DNA of 64,000 nucleotides from Gammaproteobacteria bacterium (GTDB lineage Bacteria; Pseudomonadota; Gammaproteobacteria; Legionellales; Legionellaceae): NCBI GenBank assembly GCA_022600575.1, contig JAHZKF010000010.1, positions 1,930 to 65,929 of the forward strand, read 5' to 3'. Shown piece by piece: positions 57,453 to 64,000 of this stretch (position 1 is its first letter; each line of letters starts with the position of its first letter). The notes under the pieces were generated by a model. It saw only the letters and a program-made list of their open reading frames with translations, ran no database searches and was not told where the DNA came from. The position numbers and the translations under genes were made by a program.

Positions 57453-57818
57453 TTAATTTACCGTAAAACTCTCACCACACCCACACTGTCCTGTTTGGTT
57501 AGGGTTACGGAACACAAACTGATAATTCAAGCCTTGTTTCACATAATCGACTTCGGTTCCTTTTAAAAAAGGATAACTTTTTTTATCTAAACACATCATA
57601 TAGTCTTCACCTAGCGGTAAAGTAATGTCATCCGAATGAGGCGCGTCAATATAATCAATTACATAAGATAAACCTGAACAGCCTGTTTTCTTCACTGAAA
57701 ACCGAATGCCTTTGCTATCTGGCTTTTTTGCTAAATAACTAAGCACATGTTTTTGTGCTGCCTTTGTTAAGGCCATAGGCGGTGTTTTCGATGGGACATG
57801 CTGCATCACTTCACTCAT
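57453..57818 (-). CDS. erpA: iron-sulfur cluster insertion protein ErpA/IscA family
   Basis: C-terminal CGCGESF and internal GCSG cysteine motif. Start chosen at the second ATG after GGAG. The ORF track TTG start at 57848 is probably too long. Confidence 0.85.
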   Translation of the reverse strand: MSEVMQHVPSKTPPMALTKAAQKHVLSYLAKKPDSKGIRFSVKKTGCSGLSYVIDYIDAPHSDDITLPLGEDYMMCLDKKSYPFLKGTEVDYVKQGLNYQFVFRNPNQTGQCGCGESFTVN

Positions 57819-57890
57819 CATCACTCCAACAATACAACATTTAATCAATATTAAGCGTATTGTAACACAAAGCGCTTATATTAAAGAGAG

Positions 57891-59141
57891 CTAACGCGAA
57901 GTAACAATACCTAGCGGCTTATCTTTAATAAAGAACAAGAGCAATGCACTCACTAAAAGCCCCATGCTCGCAAGTAACATTGGCAATGACGCACCAGCTT
58001 GTGCAATTAACCCTGTAAAAATAGACGTTAAACCAAAACACAATGCCATAATTGAGCCCGTCACACCCATCACCCAACCTTGTTCACTATCATCCACTTG
58101 ATCAGAAAAAATAGTGAGCAACACCGAATAAGCAACTGAAAGGCTCATACCAATAAAGAGTGTCGTAACCCATACTAACCATTCGGTGCGAATCAAAAGA
58201 ATCAAAAAAACCAAAGCGGCCGTTATCAACAATCCCACCACAACAATCCGCTTGTATTCAAACCATTTAATAAAAAAACCAACCAAATAACCACATCCCA
58301 AACTAAATCCTAATCCCAATACAGCAAGAAACAATGAGTTTCGCATCACCGAATAATGATATGTACTTGATAAGTAAGGTGAAATAAAGGAAAAGTAATT
58401 TGACCACCCAAAAATCATCACCAATAACACAACCGAATATTGCTTAATCGATGGATGTTTAAAAGCTGCTATCAAAACCTGCATTGCGTGCTGCCAATTA
58501 ATATTTATTTTTTCCGGTGTTTTAACTAACGTTTCGTTAAACATGAAATATAACAAAAACGCATTCACTAAAGAGAGCAGTGCCGCAAAATACATCGGGG
58601 TTTCAAGAGAAAACCATGGTACTAAATTCGGATTAGAAAACAGTCCTCCGCAAATTGGACCTAGAACAAATCCCAGTGAAACAGCCAATAAAATAAACCC
58701 TATATTACGCGCCTTATCTTCATCACTGCTAATATCCACAATAGCAGCCTGTGCAATCGGTTGACTACCTGCCGTAAATCCTGCAATGATTCGCCCCGCA
58801 ATCAACAAACTAAAGCTATGCATAAAAATCGCAACAGCTGACAAAAAGTAACCTAAGAATGCACCCATTAAACAAATCATAAGTGACTTTTTTCGACCAA
58901 TACTATCTGATAAATCACCCAGTATCGCCGCACCAAAAAACCAACAAATCATAAAAATGCCAATGGTCAGGCCATAATAAAAGTTACGCACCCCAAAACT
59001 AGTATCAAACGCTAAAAAAGCGGCAGAAGGTTCAATAATAATTGTATTTAAGATAGGGAATAATAACCCTAAGCCCATTCCATCAATTAAAAGCACTAAA
59101 AACAAAGGCAACATAGAAGCCAATGATTGTTTTTGATTCAT
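57891..59141 (-). CDS. MFS transporter (drug:H+ antiporter-like)
   Basis: About 12 TM. Motif A LGDLSDSIGRKK. Start probably ATG 59141 (MNQKQS...) rather than 59231. Confidence 0.8.
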   Translation of the reverse strand: MNQKQSLASMLPLFLVLLIDGMGLGLLFPILNTIIIEPSAAFLAFDTSFGVRNFYYGLTIGIFMICWFFGAAILGDLSDSIGRKKSLMICLMGAFLGYFLSAVAIFMHSFSLLIAGRIIAGFTAGSQPIAQAAIVDISSDEDKARNIGFILLAVSLGFVLGPICGGLFSNPNLVPWFSLETPMYFAALLSLVNAFLLYFMFNETLVKTPEKININWQHAMQVLIAAFKHPSIKQYSVVLLVMIFGWSNYFSFISPYLSSTYHYSVMRNSLFLAVLGLGFSLGCGYLVGFFIKWFEYKRIVVVGLLITAALVFLILLIRTEWLVWVTTLFIGMSLSVAYSVLLTIFSDQVDDSEQGWVMGVTGSIMALCFGLTSIFTGLIAQAGASLPMLLASMGLLVSALLLFFIKDKPLGIVTSR

Positions 59142-59253
59142 ACGCACCCACTTTGAGTTAAACGACCTATTTGACTGGATACCGCACATAAAGAACGGCA
59201 CATAGAGGGAAAATAATGAGGAGTTTAACACATCATATCGATGATTAATTCAT

Positions 59254-60390
59254 CTATCTTGAACGCTTCGTCCTTTTTTGACGATGCACGTTAAGACGCG
59301 CGCCACGCGTCTTAAAGTAAACCGATTTTAATAAAGGCACACGACTAAAATGCAGTTGTGCATATCGTTGCTGTTGAACTCTAAGTTCTGCTGCAAAGTG
59401 TTTTTTTATGGGCGACTCAAATCGCCAAATTTTTTGCTTCATAACATCTGATGATAACGGACTACGTGCTAATGTATGCGCTTCTTCTTCTCGACCTGCC
59501 ATTAATGAGGCAAAATAGCGTAACTGCTGAATAATATCCTCTCTAAACGGCTGGTTTTTTGAGGGGCACAGCACATGAATATGCATGTGTGGCACGGTCA
59601 TGCCAGATTGAGCATGTTTTTGCATATAAATAAACAGCTGATCCCTATCTCCATCCCAAAGATTTAATGTGGCGCGCAGCAATGCCTCTAACTCAAACAA
59701 ATATGCAGGCGATATATGTGTTAAATCAGTCTCATGTTGATAAGGCACTATCATAAGATGAAAAGGTGAATCACCAAGCGGACGATAATTTAAGCAAAGA
59801 AAGAAATGCTCAAACCCTGAAATCACCTGCTCTTCTAAAAACAGGGGCCTATCAAATGGACAAGGTTTTTGATTCATCGCAGGAGACACCCACCTTTCAT
59901 CCGTTCTGCTTAAGATGTAATGGTAGAACTCATCTTCATCAATCTCTTCTGAATGTAAAAATCGATAGGTTTCTAATAGCCCGTGCCACTGCACAGAATA
60001 ACCAAACAATGCCGCGTCATCCAAACTCATGTAACGCGGCTCATACATCGATAATTCATGAACAAAATCATCGTAATCTATTTGCTCAACGGCCTCTAGC
60101 GGCATTTCATAAAATAAGCGATGTAGACGCCCCACTTTTTTTCTAAGATTCATCGACAGTAAGTTATTGTTAACCTCCGGGTATTCGCTGTTAATCTCTA
60201 AATCAAACCGACCATAAGCGTTTAAAACAAAGTGAATCGCATAACTACTCAAGCTTTTTTTTACTAAAAGTGTTATCAAACTCGGCAGTATATGCAAGGG
60301 TGAATCAAAAACACGCTCTGCCACAACGCGAAATTGTAATGCACGAATAAAACCATCTTCTTCTTCTTTATAAAGTAATTCTACATACAT
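59254..60390 (-). CDS. HIT (histidine triad) domain protein with about 170-aa N-terminal and about 100-aa basic C-terminal extensions
   Basis: 378 aa. CPFD...PFHLMIVPYQH...TVPHMHIHVL (HxHxHxx at 59575-59589). Strong SD GGTGAGGTGG. The flanking regions match nothing I recognise. Confidence 0.7.
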   Translation of the reverse strand: MYVELLYKEEEDGFIRALQFRVVAERVFDSPLHILPSLITLLVKKSLSSYAIHFVLNAYGRFDLEINSEYPEVNNNLLSMNLRKKVGRLHRLFYEMPLEAVEQIDYDDFVHELSMYEPRYMSLDDAALFGYSVQWHGLLETYRFLHSEEIDEDEFYHYILSRTDERWVSPAMNQKPCPFDRPLFLEEQVISGFEHFFLCLNYRPLGDSPFHLMIVPYQHETDLTHISPAYLFELEALLRATLNLWDGDRDQLFIYMQKHAQSGMTVPHMHIHVLCPSKNQPFREDIIQQLRYFASLMAGREEEAHTLARSPLSSDVMKQKIWRFESPIKKHFAAELRVQQQRYAQLHFSRVPLLKSVYFKTRGARLNVHRQKRTKRSR

Positions 60391-60507
60391 ACAACCACCT
60401 CACCTAAATTGTAGACCATTTAATCAAATAGTTAAAATTACATACCAAAGGTTAGTATTTACATTTAATTATCTTTATGTATAATTAATATACTTGATGG
60501 AGGTTTT

Positions 60508-62427
60508 ATGTCGAAGCTAAGTAGAAGCGAATCTTTACATAACAAAAATTGTTATGCCTACCTCAATCACCTTAATTTACCAGGAAATATTGAGGGTTTT
60601 CCGGAAAAATTAAGCCTCGTTTTAAATAAAATTAGGGACATCAAACACGCTAATGCATATACGCCGACCCAGCCTTATGCTGATACATACCACCAATTTT
60701 TTACGGTGCTTGAGGATGAACTTGAAAAGCTAACCACAGAACAAATAAGCCGTTTAGATGCTTTAATTCTTTCTGTCTATGGTAATGACAATAAAAGCTT
60801 AGAAAACATGCAAGAAGCCATTCGAGACGCTTCATATCGAGACATTGCAGCTCCTGAACAAATCGAAAGTGACGTTGGAAGAAGCTTAAAAGACAAGACA
60901 GACAAACGGCGAGTTAACAAAGCAACAAGCCCTCTTCAGGCGGGATCAATGCTCGGTCGCGCTAAGGCGACCTTCGGTTTTACCTTCAAACCACAACACA
61001 CAACAAGTATCGCAACCATTCGACATTATCGATATCCACAAACCGTACTTGAGTACCGCTTTGGCACACAGGCACAACGCCACAAAGGATTCTCACGCGT
61101 AAGCCCTTTATTTAAACGATTTTTAGAAGTTCAAAAAAAGTATCATCCTGAAACAAAAATAACACACATTTATTTTAATAATTTAGGACGCGACCGAAGT
61201 GATATCGAAGGCAGTATAGAAGCTGGATACACCAATGCACTAGAAACGCTAGAAGGTTTAGATCCGCCTCATACAAATATTGCTGTTATCACTATCCCAT
61301 CCGATCAAGGTTTAATGGATAAGCACGAACTTGAAAAAACAAAAGCTGAATACACTTATGCTGAAACACGTACTGAGTTTTTAAATATCGCCCTAGAAAA
61401 TAATCAAGCAACAACCCCCATCCGAGATTTTCACATCTCACGGCACATCAGAGACTTACTGTTTTCAGTTAATCCAGAGCAAGAAAAAAGAATATTAGAA
61501 GAACGAATAGATAACAGCTTTAAAGCGGTAGGTATTAAACCTGATGCACCATTATCTCCTGCTGAACGACAAGCTGTTTATTTTCACTTCAACAAATTTG
61601 AATTACCCAATTATATCATTAAAACCCTTAAACCCGAGGGTATCAATTTTTCCTGTAAAGATGCCATTGACCGGGGAGGTGTTTCTTCGGCGTACTATAA
61701 TTTACTTAAATCATTTGAAACCGACATTCCCATGAACCGAGATGAGTTCGAACGTGCTTTACATGCAGCACCTGCAATGGTTAAAGGACGTGGTATGAAC
61801 CACCATATCCATCTCATTTGGAACACAATAGATGCTTATGTTAATCAGCATTTAACCGAGCTTAAGCGCACACCCGACAAAGCGTGGCTTATCGAATGGC
61901 GTGACGCTAACTACCCTGAAGTACGAATCAATCACTTGTTAACCCAAGACATTGAAAAAGGGCTTGTTAAACTCTGTACAGCACAATCAAAATATTTAAA
62001 CAATCCCGAAAAATTAGATGCAATCCAAGAAGGCATTCATATTTTAGAAAACATTCAATCTTACGGCTTATTAAGCATCAATGAAAAATATTTATTGCTT
62101 AAAACCGCTCAATTAACCCCTGATATCATCTTAGAACCAACACCAGAAAAAATAAATCAGTATGATACCTTACAAAAAGACATGGTTATCAAATATCCAT
62201 CTCTGCAAATTTTAACCGGTTATATGAAAATCTTACTGGGTAAATGTCTTTCCCTGTTTGGTAAGAAAAAAATCTTGGAAGCCGGTCGAAAGGACGTGCA
62301 ATCAGGTATACATGCCTCTGACATTGAAAGCATCACAGAACAGATGAAAGAAAAGTTACATCTATTGGAAAGCGTTCAACCTTCCGAAGATGAACAAGAA
62401 AAACCGCCTTCTATCGAAAGCTTTTAA
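60508..62427 (+). CDS. large hypothetical protein with CX5R P-loop; candidate phosphoinositide/protein phosphatase effector (SidF/SidP-like by motif only)
   Basis: 639 aa. SD GGAGG. Cys383-x5-Arg389 = FSCKDAIDRGG (61654-61674), resembling CxDxxDR loops of Sac1/myotubularin-type lipid phosphatases. Acidic C-terminal tail SEDEQEKPPSIESF. Confidence 0.55.
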   Translation: MSKLSRSESLHNKNCYAYLNHLNLPGNIEGFPEKLSLVLNKIRDIKHANAYTPTQPYADTYHQFFTVLEDELEKLTTEQISRLDALILSVYGNDNKSLENMQEAIRDASYRDIAAPEQIESDVGRSLKDKTDKRRVNKATSPLQAGSMLGRAKATFGFTFKPQHTTSIATIRHYRYPQTVLEYRFGTQAQRHKGFSRVSPLFKRFLEVQKKYHPETKITHIYFNNLGRDRSDIEGSIEAGYTNALETLEGLDPPHTNIAVITIPSDQGLMDKHELEKTKAEYTYAETRTEFLNIALENNQATTPIRDFHISRHIRDLLFSVNPEQEKRILEERIDNSFKAVGIKPDAPLSPAERQAVYFHFNKFELPNYIIKTLKPEGINFSCKDAIDRGGVSSAYYNLLKSFETDIPMNRDEFERALHAAPAMVKGRGMNHHIHLIWNTIDAYVNQHLTELKRTPDKAWLIEWRDANYPEVRINHLLTQDIEKGLVKLCTAQSKYLNNPEKLDAIQEGIHILENIQSYGLLSINEKYLLLKTAQLTPDIILEPTPEKINQYDTLQKDMVIKYPSLQILTGYMKILLGKCLSLFGKKKILEAGRKDVQSGIHASDIESITEQMKEKLHLLESVQPSEDEQEKPPSIESF

Positions 62428-62492
62428 ATCAAGATGCGAAGTACCTCTAAAATCATTATACTGAACAGACTATTCACAATAAAAAGGCCTGT

Positions 62493-62867
62493 ATGGACAC
62501 ATGGCTCATTTTTATCGGTGCAGGACTTGGCGGCGTTTCTCGCTTTGGTATTTCTAATACATTTGCCTGGCTTCTCGGTCGAGATTTTCCTTATGGCACG
62601 CTCGTTGTTAATGCGCTCGGTTCTTTTCTAATCGGTTTATTATTCATCCTTATTTTAGACCGACTCGAAGGCATTGCTAATCATTTAAGACCCCTCATGC
62701 TCACCGGTTTTTTAGGCGGATTTACCACCTTTTCAACTTTTTCAATCGAAACACTCAATCTACTCGAAAATAATGGATGGACAACGGCGACTTTAAATAT
62801 TGTATTAAATCTCGTACTCTGTTTATTCATGGTTTGGTTAGGAGTATGGGGAGGGAGACAGTTATGA
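62493..62867 (+). CDS. crcB: fluoride channel CrcB (FluC)
   Basis: 124 aa with four TM. GAGLGGVSRF and GFLGGFTTFSTF motifs. Confidence 0.9.
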   Translation: MDTWLIFIGAGLGGVSRFGISNTFAWLLGRDFPYGTLVVNALGSFLIGLLFILILDRLEGIANHLRPLMLTGFLGGFTTFSTFSIETLNLLENNGWTTATLNIVLNLVLCLFMVWLGVWGGRQL

Positions 62868-63184
62868 GCCTAAATACTGTGGATATTGTCATTGCACGCA
62901 TTTATCTTACCGAAGCATCACATGCTCTAGACGATATCATGGACTATCTAAAAAAAGATGCCAAAATTCGTGGATTTAGTGTGTTTCGTGCCGTTCGAGG
63001 ATTTGGTGAAACAGGTGAACAAGCATCCCGTTTAATTGATGTATCTCTTAATTTACCGCTTATTATCGAATTCTTTGACGAAGAAAGTACTGTTCATCGC
63101 ATTATTGAGCATTTGTCACAATTTGTTAAACCAAAACATATTGTATTTTGGTCTGCAAAAGCAAACGGTGATGGTATTACCTAA
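62864..63184 (+). CDS. DUF190 (PII-like) protein commonly linked to crcB
   Basis: ATG at 62864 after GGAGGGAG, ATGA overlap with the crcB stop. ARIYLTE...GFSVFRAVRGFG pattern of UPF0166/DUF190. Confidence 0.8.
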   Translation: MSLNTVDIVIARIYLTEASHALDDIMDYLKKDAKIRGFSVFRAVRGFGETGEQASRLIDVSLNLPLIIEFFDEESTVHRIIEHLSQFVKPKHIVFWSAKANGDGIT

Positions 63185-63192
63185 TACCCTAC

Positions 63193-63924
63193 TCACACTG
63201 GGAAATTGAAGTATTGCGCAGGGTAAGGTTCATTTCGTAAAGTAAAATGCCACCACTCTTTCCAATATGACCTAAATCCATGTTTTTTCATCACAGCTTT
63301 TAACATCATACGATTTTGATGTGCTGTTTTTGAAATGTGCGGACTCATGACATGAGATCGTGTATCAATACAATCAAAACCTGTTCCCATATCAATGCTA
63401 TTATCCCGAAAGCGAACCCCAAACGGCGCATAACAAGCACTTAAAACTTGACCTTCATGATACGAATCTTGTTTTTTAGGCGGTAATTGAATCACCGTTA
63501 AATCCACAGTACTACCCCGACTATGCCCTGAATATTCTGCAACATAGCCTCGCTTAAAAAAATCTTTTTTATCAATCTTTGGATAAAATTCCGCTTTCAT
63601 TGCTTTTTGATTGGGCTTTTGGCTCCATGCTATAAAATCTTCTACTGCCATTTGAGGTCGATAACAGTCGTATACTTTCAAACCATACCCGGCTTGCTCT
63701 AATACTTGCTGTACCCGCGCCAGTTGACGCGCTGCAGCTTTTGTCAAGATACATTGCCCCTGCTCATAACCTTTAATTGGGCGCCCTACAAAATTATGAT
63801 AGGTCGCATAACGCATCTCTTGTACAATGTCAGGTGCAACATCTTGCAAATACACAAACCCTTTAGGTAATGCATAACTTGTCATCGAACAAAAAAATAA
63901 TAAAAACCACACACTTTTGATCAT
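63193..63924 (-). CDS. ddpX: D-alanyl-D-alanine dipeptidase (peptidase M15D, VanX/DdpX family), secreted
   Basis: 243 aa with signal peptide. SGHSRGSTVDLT and EWWHFTL motifs of the VanX family. Confidence 0.85.
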   Translation of the reverse strand: MIKSVWFLLFFCSMTSYALPKGFVYLQDVAPDIVQEMRYATYHNFVGRPIKGYEQGQCILTKAAARQLARVQQVLEQAGYGLKVYDCYRPQMAVEDFIAWSQKPNQKAMKAEFYPKIDKKDFFKRGYVAEYSGHSRGSTVDLTVIQLPPKKQDSYHEGQVLSACYAPFGVRFRDNSIDMGTGFDCIDTRSHVMSPHISKTAHQNRMMLKAVMKKHGFRSYWKEWWHFTLRNEPYPAQYFNFPV

Positions 63925-64000
63925 TTTATTTCTTCTTCATCACAACTTATTGTATCTCTTCAATTCATATGTTTTTTTGTAAAAAAACCAACAAAACTTG

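Noticed and set aside
62428-62492. Fluoride riboswitch upstream of crcB
   Set aside because: The spacer is only 65 nt, and I cannot find the conserved crcB-motif core (paired GGxGAUGG...CCGCC elements).

Overview
This 64-kb window is a chromosomal segment of a moderately AT-rich gammaproteobacterium. I infer a Legionellales/Legionella-like organism from gene content: a detached lspL/lspM-type T2SS pair, an AddA-type helicase-nuclease, a lysC-lysA fusion, an ankyrin gene, and many ORFans with Dot/Icm-style acidic C-termini. This assignment is not verified by any search. About 60 protein genes are supported, and most are housekeeping. They include mdh (partial), hemW, plsY, tsaD, lpxH, minC, fadD, a FadL-family porin, lysC-lysA, addA-like, apbC, rimO, pgpA, nusB, nrdR, glyA and pyrF. 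Also present are lapAB, rpsA, cmk, aroA, serC, gyrA, radA, xseB, ispA, dgt, cspA, gspLM, mltB, lepA, lepB, rnc, fis, erpA, crcB and a VanX/DdpX dipeptidase. RNA genes are tRNA-Ala(GGC), tRNA-Glu(UUC) and RNase P RNA (minus strand, convergent on rnc). I saw no CRISPR array, IS element, transposase, integrase or prophage.

Accessory material sits between the core operons:
1. A 3.5-kb cassette holds higBA, a 546-aa protein built from about twelve 33-34-residue repeats, and an atypical Nudix-like protein. It is bracketed by a roughly 276-bp, about 96 percent identical INVERTED duplication of the lepA 5-prime end. The left copy is decayed.
2. Two tandem paralogous serine alpha/beta-hydrolases have a catalytic triad that appears split by a roughly 110-residue glycine-zipper membrane insertion.
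3. A HIT-domain protein with large extensions is divergently paired with a 639-aa protein carrying a CX5R phosphatase P-loop.
4. An ankyrin gene is wedged into lepB-rnc.
5. An ORFan is translationally coupled inside lpxH-tsaD.
6. A secreted transglutaminase-like protein lies between gyrA and radA.
7. Two membrane ORFans lie next to the tRNA pair.

Also notable are an M20 peptidase interrupted by a single in-frame TAA and an AddA-like gene with no partner that overlaps lysC-lysA. Everything rests on reading the sequence and ORF translations by eye. No database search was run.
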